Assembly: GCA_965248925.1 (NCBI GenBank)
Contig: CBDFLE010000006.1
Coordinates: forward strand, 576,001-640,000
DNA: 64,000 bases
Source: Candidatus Multivoradales bacterium
GTDB lineage: Bacteria; Acidobacteriota; Thermoanaerobaculia; Multivoradales; J023
Direction of reading: 5' to 3'
Shown here: one piece after another, positions 9,943-18,538 of the stretch
How positions within the stretch are numbered: position 1 is the first letter of the stretch
Layout: every line of letters begins with the position of its first letter
Notes under the pieces: model-generated
The model's input: the letters and a program-made list of their open reading frames with translations, nothing else
What the model was told of the DNA's origin: nothing
Database searches by the model: none
Made by a program: the position numbers and the translations under genes

Positions 9943-11085
9943 ATGATCCGACACATCACTAGACTCTTCCTACTGACCTTCATCTTGACCATTACGCCTC
10001 TGGCAGCCAACGAAGACTTCTTCCAAACCGTGACCGGAGTCAAGGTTACCTTCACCGAGACCGAGCTGCTGGCCAACGACGGATTTTCCTCCTTCCTCGG
10101 CTTCATCGGTACCCCCGCTCACGGCACCTTGTCTCTCGCTAGCGGCATCTGGACCTACCAACCAAATTCCACCTGCTACGGCTGGGAGGAGCTGTCCTAC
10201 AGCACACCGAGAAAGGTGGAAAAAGTCTGGATTAGGATCAGTCCCCTAGTCGTACCGCTCGCTGGCGATTGGAACAACGACGGCTCGGGACAGCTCGGCT
10301 TTTACAACTCCTACTACGGCGTCTTTTATCGCTGCGACACCGTGTTGACAACAGGAGCCACCTACAGCCTCAGCTGTACCAGCCTACAGTGGCCGGGTAC
10401 CGGTATCGGTTGGATACCCTTGGCCGGCGATTGGGATGGCGATGGCGACGACGAGTTCGGCGTTTGGGACCCGGCCAGCCGTACCTTCTACCAACTAGAG
10501 GACGGCTTCGGAACCGCAAATCCGCACTTGCCGCTGCAAGTCGAACTCTCCTTCAATTTTGGTAGCTCGCGGGCGACGCCCATAGCTGGCGATTGGGAAA
10601 CCGGCGTCGGCGCTGATGACCAGGATACGGTCGGCATGTTCGAGCCCCAGCAGGGCAACTTCTATCTGCCTGCTCAACATCCGGTCATCACCGAACCGCT
10701 ACCCTTCTCTTTCACCGCTGTCGGGGCGACCCTCGCTTGGTCTATCCCTTGCACTGGATCGGGAGTCGGCCACGACAGCGTGGCGGTCTTCGATCCTGGC
10801 AACCTTGAGATGATCGGCCGCGGCGACGCTGGCCAAGCCGGGTCCGTCGCCACCTACCCTAACGAAGCCGGCTCCGCGGGGGCTCTTGTGTTGAGAAATG
10901 CGCCCCTGGCAGCGAACCAGCTGCTGTGGTACAACCGTGCGCTGCACAAGGTTCAACTCGGGGGCAATGGCGCTGCATTGTCCTTCAACTGTGCCAGCCC
11001 GCCAACCACCGCCAGTGGCGGCTCTGGCGGCGGTCTACTCGCCAACCTGGCGCCACCACCGGCTAGCCCGCCGCCGAACTCCTAG
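9943..11085 (+). CDS. Secreted protein with a cadherin/Ig-like domain and GDWxGDG repeats
   Basis: Signal peptide; LLAND...P.HGTL...TYQP segment; three PLAGDW/PIAGDW repeats. Confidence 0.7.
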   Translation: MIRHITRLFLLTFILTITPLAANEDFFQTVTGVKVTFTETELLANDGFSSFLGFIGTPAHGTLSLASGIWTYQPNSTCYGWEELSYSTPRKVEKVWIRISPLVVPLAGDWNNDGSGQLGFYNSYYGVFYRCDTVLTTGATYSLSCTSLQWPGTGIGWIPLAGDWDGDGDDEFGVWDPASRTFYQLEDGFGTANPHLPLQVELSFNFGSSRATPIAGDWETGVGADDQDTVGMFEPQQGNFYLPAQHPVITEPLPFSFTAVGATLAWSIPCTGSGVGHDSVAVFDPGNLEMIGRGDAGQAGSVATYPNEAGSAGALVLRNAPLAANQLLWYNRALHKVQLGGNGAALSFNCASPPTTASGGSGGGLLANLAPPPASPPPNS

Positions 11086-11100
11086 ACCCGATCCTGCAAC

Positions 11101-11124
11101 CGGACCCAAGCCCACTTGGGTCCG
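11101..11124. terminator. Hairpin between convergent genes
   Basis: CGGACCCAAG-ccca-CTTGGGTCCG, 10-bp stem. Confidence 0.55.
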
Positions 11125-11137
11125 CTCTTTCCCGTGA

Positions 11138-12223
11138 TCAAGACCGCTGCGTCCGCTGACGCAACATGTGGTCGGCCAGCACCAGCGCCACCATCGCTTC
11201 GCCCATCGGCACAAAGCGCGGCAGCAAGCAGGGATCGTGACGACCCTTGACCGTCAGCGTGGTGGCTTGGCCCTCGCGGGTCACGGTGTCCTGCTGGCGC
11301 GGGATCGAGCTGGTGGGTTTGAGGGCGGTGCGCAGGATGATCGGCAGACCGGAGGAGATGCCGCCGAGCATTCCGCCGTGGCGATTTGAGGAGGTGGTGA
11401 TGCCCGCCTCACCCGGCACGAAGGGGTCGTTGTTCTTGCTACCACGAGCCTTGGCGACCGCGAAACCAGCGCCGTATTCCACTCCCAAGACCGCTGGCAG
11501 GCTGAAGAGTGCCTTGCCCAGGTCGGCCTTGAGCTTGTCAAACACCGGCTCGCCCCAGCCCGCCGGCACGCCGCTGGCGACGATCTCAGCCACTCCGCCG
11601 ATCGAATCACGCTCGCCGCGCAGCCTCTCGATGAGCTCGATCATGCGCTTGGCAGCGTCCACGTCCGGGCAGCGAACAACACTAGCCTCGACCTGCTCCA
11701 AAGTCACCGCCGCAGGCTCGGGCACCGTGGCGACGATCTCGCCGACTTGTTTGACGTAGCCCACCACCCGGATACCGTGAGCAGCGGCCAGGAGTTTCTT
11801 GGCCACCGCTCCAGCCGCCACCCGCACCGAGGTCTCGCGCGCGCTGGCGCGGCCACCGCCACGATAGTCGCGAAAGCCGTACTTGGCGTCGAAGGTGAAG
11901 TCGGCATGGCCGGGGCGGTATTTGTCGCGGATCTCGGCATAGTCGCGCGGTCGCTGGTCGGTATTCTCGATCAGGATGGCGATTGAAGTGCCGGTGGTGC
12001 GACCTTCAAACACTCCCGAGAGTATCCGCGGCTGGTCGGCCTCTTGACGCTGGGTGGTGATCTGCGACTGGCCCGGACGGCGACGCGCAAGATCGGGAAG
12101 CAAATCTTCTTCCGCCAACTCCAGTCCCGCCGGTACGCCATCGATAATCACCACATTGCCGGGACCGTGGCTTTCGCCCGCGGTGGTGATCCGCAGTAGC
12201 CGCCCGAAACTGTTGCCTGCCAT
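11138..12223 (-). CDS. aroC: Chorismate synthase
   Basis: GESHG, RPGHAD, GGGRASARET and GRHDPC motifs. Confidence 0.97.
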   Translation of the reverse strand: MAGNSFGRLLRITTAGESHGPGNVVIIDGVPAGLELAEEDLLPDLARRRPGQSQITTQRQEADQPRILSGVFEGRTTGTSIAILIENTDQRPRDYAEIRDKYRPGHADFTFDAKYGFRDYRGGGRASARETSVRVAAGAVAKKLLAAAHGIRVVGYVKQVGEIVATVPEPAAVTLEQVEASVVRCPDVDAAKRMIELIERLRGERDSIGGVAEIVASGVPAGWGEPVFDKLKADLGKALFSLPAVLGVEYGAGFAVAKARGSKNNDPFVPGEAGITTSSNRHGGMLGGISSGLPIILRTALKPTSSIPRQQDTVTREGQATTLTVKGRHDPCLLPRFVPMGEAMVALVLADHMLRQRTQRS

Positions 12224-12462
12224 GGCGAAGAATCTACCAGAGAGCCGAGCGGTGAGAGCGACGGTCGAACTTGGAATATCACCGCCGCGGGCACCGTTAC
12301 AATTGTTGAGCAGACAAGTAGCTTCTGCACCAGCTTCTGGACTATCGACTTCACACCGCCCGAATCGTCTACTTCGCGAGCCGCTTGCTAGCCGCTTCCG
12401 CTCCTCGGCTCGACCGGCCTCAATTTCGTGTGGCGCACCGCGCCGCTCAAGGAGAATTACCG

Positions 12463-13359
12463 ATGAGCAGCGCCCCACCAGCGAAGAGACGCCCGGAAAC
12501 CACGGTTCACACCTTGCAGGACAAGCGCGACCAGGGACTGCCGATCACCATGGTGACGGCCTACGATTTCCCTTCTGCTCGCACCGCCGATGGCGCCGGC
12601 ATCGACGCCATTCTGGTGGGCGACAGCCTGGCCATGGTGGTACTCGGCCATGACTCCACCCTACCGGTGACCATGGACGAGATGCTGCACCACGCTAAAG
12701 CGGTGCGCCGCGGTGCGGAGCGAGCCCTGTTGATCGGCGATCTACCGTTTATGAGTTACCAGGTCAGTGCCGAGCAAGCAGTGCGCAATGCCGGCCGCTA
12801 CCTGCAGGAGGCCGGCATGAGCGCAGTCAAGCTCGAGGGTGGCCGTCACATGGCCGCGACGGTGCGGCGAATCGTCGACTGTGGCATCCCGGTACAGGGA
12901 CACATCGGCCTGACGCCGCAGAGCTTGCGGGCGATGGGCGGCTACAAAGTCCAGGGGCGCGACCACCGAGCCGCTCGGCGGTTGCTCGACGATGCACGGG
13001 CACTCGAACAAGCAGGCTGTTTCTCGTTGGTTCTCGAAGGGGTGCCGCAACGTCTGGCCAGCCATATCACCGCCAGCCTGAACATTCCGACGATCGGCAT
13101 CGGAGCGGGACCCGGAACCTCGGGCCAGGTGCTGGTTTTTCACGACTTGCTGGGGCTCGAAGATCGCTTCCGGCCACGTTTCGTCAAGCGCTGGGCAAAC
13201 TTGGCGACGGATGTCCACCAAGCCCTCAGCGCTTTTCGCCACGAGGTCGAAAACGGCACCTTCCCGGCCGGCGAGCACAGCTACTCGATGGCCGACGAAG
13301 AGTGGCGCGCCTTCCTCGACGACGCCTCCCCGACACCGCTCAAGGCGGTCGAGGGTTGA
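12463..13359 (+). CDS. panB: 3-methyl-2-oxobutanoate hydroxymethyltransferase
   Basis: TAYD, LVGDSL, VKLEGG, GHIGLTPQ and IGIGAG motifs; AGGAG RBS. Confidence 0.97.
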   Translation: MSSAPPAKRRPETTVHTLQDKRDQGLPITMVTAYDFPSARTADGAGIDAILVGDSLAMVVLGHDSTLPVTMDEMLHHAKAVRRGAERALLIGDLPFMSYQVSAEQAVRNAGRYLQEAGMSAVKLEGGRHMAATVRRIVDCGIPVQGHIGLTPQSLRAMGGYKVQGRDHRAARRLLDDARALEQAGCFSLVLEGVPQRLASHITASLNIPTIGIGAGPGTSGQVLVFHDLLGLEDRFRPRFVKRWANLATDVHQALSAFRHEVENGTFPAGEHSYSMADEEWRAFLDDASPTPLKAVEG

Positions 13360-13367
13360 GTCCGGAG

Positions 13368-14342
13368 ATGGGTCAACCGGCCAAGATCGCGGTGCTGGGA
13401 ACCGGCGCCCTGGGCACTCTGCTGGCTGCGCGCCTGGCTCGCGCCGGCCATGCAGTGACCTTCAGTGGCACTTGGCCAGCAGCACTGCAAACCGCCGCCA
13501 GCGACGGTCTGGGGGTCGTCGAGGCCGATGATCGCAGCTGGCAGACCGCGGTCGAGACCTGCCACCGCCGCGACCTACAAGGCGGCTATTCACTGGTGCT
13601 GGTGCTTACCAAGAGCTTTTCAACCGAAGATTGCGCCCCCGCCGCGGCCCGAGGGCGGGCGCCTGGTGGCTTGATTCTCAGCTTGCAGAATGGCCTGGAT
13701 AACCTAGAAATCTTGAGCGCCATCGCCGGCAGCGGGTCAGTAGCAGGCGGCACCACGGATTGCGCCGCCACACTGCTCGGACCGGCTCATGTCCGCGCCG
13801 CTGGTGGCGGCCGGGTAGTTCTCGGCACCCTGCCGGGCGGTGCTACCCAACCGCAGCTAGATGCCACCGCCGAGCTGCTGGCTAGCGCCGGCCTGAAGGT
13901 CAGCCAAGAAGACGATCTCGAAGCGGCCCGCTGGACCAAGCTGGCGATCAACTGCGCCATCAATCCCCTCGCCGCCCTCGGCCGATCGACCAATGGTGAG
14001 TTAGTGCGGTCCGCGCCGCGGCGTGAGCTGCTCGCCGCGATCGCCGAAGAGACCGGCCGTATCGGTCGTCGTATCGGCTTCGATCTGCCGCACGATCTCG
14101 GCCAACGCACCGTCGATTGCGCCCAACGAACCGCCAGCAACCACTGCTCCATGTTGCAAGACATCGAGCGCGGCCGACCGACCGAGATCGACGCCATTTG
14201 CGGCGCCGTGGTCACCCAAGCCTACCGGCTCAAGATGACGGCGCCGCTGAACAAATACCTGGCCGGAGCGGTGACCGAACTGACCCGCCACCCGACCCTA
14301 CCAATCGTCGACCTCGACCAACTCGCCGGAGCCCTGCTGTGA
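13368..14342 (+). CDS. panE: 2-dehydropantoate 2-reductase
   Basis: GTGALG, LQNGL, KLAINCAIN and SMLQD...RPTEID motifs; operon context. Confidence 0.93.
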   Translation: MGQPAKIAVLGTGALGTLLAARLARAGHAVTFSGTWPAALQTAASDGLGVVEADDRSWQTAVETCHRRDLQGGYSLVLVLTKSFSTEDCAPAAARGRAPGGLILSLQNGLDNLEILSAIAGSGSVAGGTTDCAATLLGPAHVRAAGGGRVVLGTLPGGATQPQLDATAELLASAGLKVSQEDDLEAARWTKLAINCAINPLAALGRSTNGELVRSAPRRELLAAIAEETGRIGRRIGFDLPHDLGQRTVDCAQRTASNHCSMLQDIERGRPTEIDAICGAVVTQAYRLKMTAPLNKYLAGAVTELTRHPTLPIVDLDQLAGALL

Positions 14343-15214
14343 CCGAGCTGCGCTTGGCTCGCAGGGTGGCGGAAGCCCGAGCATGGCGCCGCGCCGCCAC
14401 CGGCTCGGTCGGCCTGGTACCGACCATGGGCTATTTGCACGAGGGCCATCTGGAGCTGATTCGCCAGGCAGCCCGGAGCTGCGAGCAAGTGACGGTCAGC
14501 CTGTTCGTCAACCCGGCGCAGTTTGATCGCACCGAAGACCTCGACCAATACCCGCGCGCCTTGAAGCGCGACCTCGACCTGCTGCGTCGCGCCGGGGTCG
14601 CATTGGCCTTCGTTCCCGAACCCTCTGAGCTTTATCCGCCAGGCTTCGACACTTGGGTCGAGCCCGGCCGAGTGGCCGCGGAGCAGGAAGGCCGGCACCG
14701 CCCTGGACACTTCCGCGGCGTCGCCACCGTGGTGCTCAAGCTGCTCGGCGTCCTCGCGCCGCAGCGTGCTTACTTCGGCCGCAAAGACGCCCAACAGCTG
14801 GCGGTGATCCGCGCTCTAGTGCGCGATTTCGACATCGACTGCGAGATTGTGCCGGTGGCCACCGTACGCGAGACCGATGGCCTGGCGATGTCGAGCCGCA
14901 ATGCCCGCCTGGCCCCTGCCGAGCGCGCGGCGGCCGTGGTGATCTACCGTGCCCTCAACCAAGCCCACCAAGCCTGGCAAGCCGGTGAAGGCGACGCCGA
15001 GGCCCTGCGCCAGGTGGTTCGCCAAACTGTAGCTAGCGAGCCTTTGGCAGAACTCGAATACGTCAGCATCGCCGATCCCGACACCATGAGCGAACTCAGC
15101 AGCACTGACCGACCGGCCCTGGTTTCCCTTGCCGCACTGGTCGGGCCGGTGCGATTGATCGACAACATCCTCCTCGACGAGAGATCGGCGAGCAGCACCA
15201 ACTCAGGACTCTAG
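14339..15214 (+). CDS. panC: Pantoate--beta-alanine ligase
   Basis: [22 protein letters not shown] and GLAMSSRN motifs; GTGA overlap with panE. Confidence 0.97.
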   Translation: MTELRLARRVAEARAWRRAATGSVGLVPTMGYLHEGHLELIRQAARSCEQVTVSLFVNPAQFDRTEDLDQYPRALKRDLDLLRRAGVALAFVPEPSELYPPGFDTWVEPGRVAAEQEGRHRPGHFRGVATVVLKLLGVLAPQRAYFGRKDAQQLAVIRALVRDFDIDCEIVPVATVRETDGLAMSSRNARLAPAERAAAVVIYRALNQAHQAWQAGEGDAEALRQVVRQTVASEPLAELEYVSIADPDTMSELSSTDRPALVSLAALVGPVRLIDNILLDERSASSTNSGL

Positions 15215-15228
15215 GAGCCCTTCCCGAT

Positions 15229-15621
15229 ATGCAACGCACCCTCCTGCACAGCAAGATCCACCGCGCCCGAGTCACCGGCGCGGACCGCGAATACGTCGGT
15301 AGCATCTCCCTCGACCAGGAACTCATGGAGGCTGCCGGCATCCTGCCCCACGAACGGGTGCAGGTGGTCGACGTGACCAACGGCTCGCGGCTCGAAACCT
15401 ACGCCATCCCGGCCCCGGCGGGCTCCGGCATGGTGCAACTCAACGGTGCCGCGGCGCATCTGGTCGAAGTCGACGATCTGGTGATCGTGATGAGCTACGC
15501 CACCATGGACGAGGCCGAGGCGCGGACCTTCCAACCTACTGTTGTACACGTCGACGAGCGCAACCGGCCGACAGAGGTGCTCCGGTACGTGCAGCTCAGC
15601 GCGACAGCAGCCGCTGTCTGA
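15229..15621 (+). CDS. panD: Aspartate 1-decarboxylase
   Basis: KIHRA, YVGS cleavage site and NGAAA motifs. Confidence 0.97.
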   Translation: MQRTLLHSKIHRARVTGADREYVGSISLDQELMEAAGILPHERVQVVDVTNGSRLETYAIPAPAGSGMVQLNGAAAHLVEVDDLVIVMSYATMDEAEARTFQPTVVHVDERNRPTEVLRYVQLSATAAAV

Positions 15622-15706
15622 AGCCCCACAGGATCCCGGTTCTCGCATCCACCGCCGTATACCTACAACTTGCGTGCTGCTCAGAACTACGGATTCCGAA
15701 CACAGA

Positions 15707-15751
15707 AAAGCGGACGGTCAAAGGCCCCGCATAGGAGCGACCGTCCGCTTT
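15707..15751. terminator. Bidirectional intrinsic terminator
   Basis: AAAGCGGACGGTC...GACCGTCCGCTTT inverted repeat between convergent genes. Confidence 0.7.
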
Positions 15752-15812
15752 CAAGCCTCGGCAACCAGCTCAGAGCTGCTCGCCGCCGCAGGCCACCTTG
15801 GCAAAGCCCCTT

Positions 15813-18221
15813 CTATTTACAGGTCTTGTTGCCGTTCGGGCCCTTGCACTTGTCCGAGCAGCAGTCGCTGTTCACCGTGCACGAGGCACCGACATCGAAA
15901 CAGCCACCCGTGTCGCACACCGGGTCGCCCAGGCAACTGATATCGGCACAGTCGATGTCGCCGTTGCAGTCGTCGTCGATGCCGTTGTCGCAGATCTCGG
16001 CACCAGCTGAGCAGTCAAGGGCGCAGTTGGCACAGCTCTCGCCAACGTCGCAAGTCAGGTCACCGCAGCAGAAGCTGCCCGGTACCGCTGGGATAGTAGT
16101 GCAGGTGACCCCGCCGCTGGTGCAGCGCGAGTCTGAGCACGACACTGGGTTGGTGCCCCCGCCGTCGCCGCAGCAGTAACGGTTCGAGGGCTTGCCGCTC
16201 TGCCGACCGTTGCAGTCGGCGGCACAGGTCAGGCAGTTCTCGCCATTGCCGGCTTCGCAGATACCGTTGCCGCAGGACGCACCGCTGGTGGTGCCCGAGG
16301 GGCAGTCGCTGCAGTTGTTGCAGTCCTCGCCGAGCTCGCAGATACTGTCGAAATCGCAGATCGGGCAATCGAAACAGCTCGAGGTGTCGAAGCCGTCACA
16401 GGTTGCGTTGCAAGACAAGATGCCGCCGCCGGAACAGCTCTGGGAAGTACAGCTCTCGCCGCCCAGGTCGCCGCCATCGCAGACCTCGTTGCCTTCGATC
16501 ACCCCGTTGCCACAGACCGTCGGCACTACCGAGCAGCTCGAGGTCGAGAACGAGCCGATGTAGGTCGCCCAATTGCTGACCGCGCCACCATTGTCGCGCG
16601 AGTACTCGCCGATGTACCAGAAGGTCACACCATCCGGGTCGACGGCCATTTGTGTGTAGTCGCCCCAACGGTGGGGCGGCGGGTCGTTGGAGAACGAGGT
16701 GTAGGTGACCTCGCCAGCCTTGAGTAGCAGCTCGCCCTGGACGGTGCCCGCCGGGTCGCCGGCTTCACGCAGCGAGACGTAGGTCGCAGCGAAAGTAGTA
16801 GAGCTTCCTTTGGAGTAGCCAATCGCCATGTCGTCGCAGTGGTTGGCGGCGTTGCTCGGGAAGACGCGGTACTCGCCGTTGCTGGCAATGACGCCGGCAT
16901 CGAGCACGGTCAGCGTGGCGGGCTCGATCTGTGCCCAGCGCACGCAATTCACCGTACCGCTGCCTGGGTTACAGGAGATGGCGTTCGACATCCACAGGTT
17001 GCCGTTGCGCCAGGTGGTGCTCTGACCACGGAAGTCGTTGCCCTGCAGGTTGGCGCTCGAGCCGGCCTGCGGCCAATCGATGGTCTGGCCGGCGGTGACG
17101 CCGGTGGCGGTGGTCAGGTTGACGTTACCGATACGGGTCAGGGTGTTAGCGCCGAACGGATCGGCCCAGCTCCAGATGGTGTGGTTATTGCCGTCAAAGA
17201 CCTCGGTCATGATGTAGTGCGGACCGCTGCTCGGCCATGTACCGGTGTTGAAACCGGTCAACTGGGCCGGCTGCGGCGTGCCGTCGTTGCCGGTGCTCTG
17301 GCTGACCACGGTCAGCGAGCCCGAGCCGGCGTAGAGCGCCGTCTTGTCGATGGCGAATACCCGCGCCTCGGCGAAGCTCACCTGGCCAAACTGGTTCGAG
17401 CCCATGTAGATCGCGTCGAGACCGACGCCGATGTGCGGGAAGTCGAAGAAGTTGCCGCCGATATCGGTGGCGAAGCCGTAGCGGTTCCAGGTACCGGTAG
17501 GATCGGAGCCGGTGGTGGCGGCGATGCAGTAGTCGGTGCCGCCACCGTCGATACCGATGACGAAGCGGTCGGTCGACTCGTCGTAGCGCGCGTTGGGATC
17601 GAAGACGCCGGTGTTGGAGCAGCCGCTGGTACCGGCGAAGAAGCTCGAGAAGGTGGTCGCCGCGGTCAGCACGGTGCCGGTCTTGTCGTAGATCTCGAAG
17701 GCCACGTTGGTGACTGCGATGATGTGGTTCGGGCCAACCGCCAGCTCCGGATCCGGCGGCGCGGAGCCGCCGCCGCCGCAGCACTCGGTGAAGTTGATCG
17801 CTTCGAAGCCGACGCCAGCCGACACCGACTTGCTGAGGTTCGGGCCGACGATGTGGATCTTGTCGCTGGGCGGCAGGCTCATCGCCGCTTCACGCTGCCT
17901 GGCCATCTCCTCGTCAGAGATCGGCGAATCGATCCGGCCGCCGCCGCGGAAAGGCTGATCACGCTTGTTGTGTGGATCGAAGACCCCGGCTGGAACCGAC
18001 GCCAGGTCGATCGGGAAAGGGCCGGTGGCCTGGTAGGTCAGCGATTGCGCCGCCGGCAGTCGTCCGGTGGCCTTGAAATCTGCCCGGTCGGCCGGCGACT
18101 GGGCGCCGGGAGCTGCGGCTATCTCTACCGATGCCGCCGGGCTGGGAGCGGGGACAGTGCTACAGCTGACCACTAAAGCAGTCAGCGCGAGAAACAAGCA
18201 AACCGTCAGGACTCTACGCAT
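15813..18221 (-). CDS. Putative lipoprotein with a PPD/RWGDY domain and a Cys-rich C-terminus
   Basis: VVSC lipobox-like site; PPDP..AVGPNH, DFP and RWGDY motifs; CGNG..E..E.CD repeats and EICDNGIDDDCNG. Confidence 0.75.
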   Translation of the reverse strand: MRRVLTVCLFLALTALVVSCSTVPAPSPAASVEIAAAPGAQSPADRADFKATGRLPAAQSLTYQATGPFPIDLASVPAGVFDPHNKRDQPFRGGGRIDSPISDEEMARQREAAMSLPPSDKIHIVGPNLSKSVSAGVGFEAINFTECCGGGGSAPPDPELAVGPNHIIAVTNVAFEIYDKTGTVLTAATTFSSFFAGTSGCSNTGVFDPNARYDESTDRFVIGIDGGGTDYCIAATTGSDPTGTWNRYGFATDIGGNFFDFPHIGVGLDAIYMGSNQFGQVSFAEARVFAIDKTALYAGSGSLTVVSQSTGNDGTPQPAQLTGFNTGTWPSSGPHYIMTEVFDGNNHTIWSWADPFGANTLTRIGNVNLTTATGVTAGQTIDWPQAGSSANLQGNDFRGQSTTWRNGNLWMSNAISCNPGSGTVNCVRWAQIEPATLTVLDAGVIASNGEYRVFPSNAANHCDDMAIGYSKGSSTTFAATYVSLREAGDPAGTVQGELLLKAGEVTYTSFSNDPPPHRWGDYTQMAVDPDGVTFWYIGEYSRDNGGAVSNWATYIGSFSTSSCSVVPTVCGNGVIEGNEVCDGGDLGGESCTSQSCSGGGILSCNATCDGFDTSSCFDCPICDFDSICELGEDCNNCSDCPSGTTSGASCGNGICEAGNGENCLTCAADCNGRQSGKPSNRYCCGDGGGTNPVSCSDSRCTSGGVTCTTIPAVPGSFCCGDLTCDVGESCANCALDCSAGAEICDNGIDDDCNGDIDCADISCLGDPVCDTGGCFDVGASCTVNSDCCSDKCKGPNGNKTCK

Positions 18222-18538
18222 TCTTTCGTTCTCCTAAAGCTCATCTTCTCAAGAGCCACCTCGGCCACTCCGAGACGTTCTCTTCGGGAGGAATCCACCA
18301 AGCTGGATGGGCTGCAGCGGAAGCCCAGCGGAGCTGGCTGCGCCACACACCCGTAATAATCCGACTCGCCGAGGCACGGAAGGCTCCCGGACAGACTGCT
18401 CCTTTAGATCTAAAGGGTGTCGCAGCTCAGCGTTTGATATAGGTGAGCAGAACTTTCTGCTCTGGACCGGCTACTGAGCGCTAGTGCAGCGCAGGAATCT
18501 CGCCCTCAAGCATCACCTTTCCTACAGCCCTCGCCGAC

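Noticed and set aside
16839-18176. Long antisense ORFs (also 26633-27955, 28155-29198, 56786-57871 and others)
   Set aside because: Shadows of well-supported genes in high-GC DNA, with no motifs of their own
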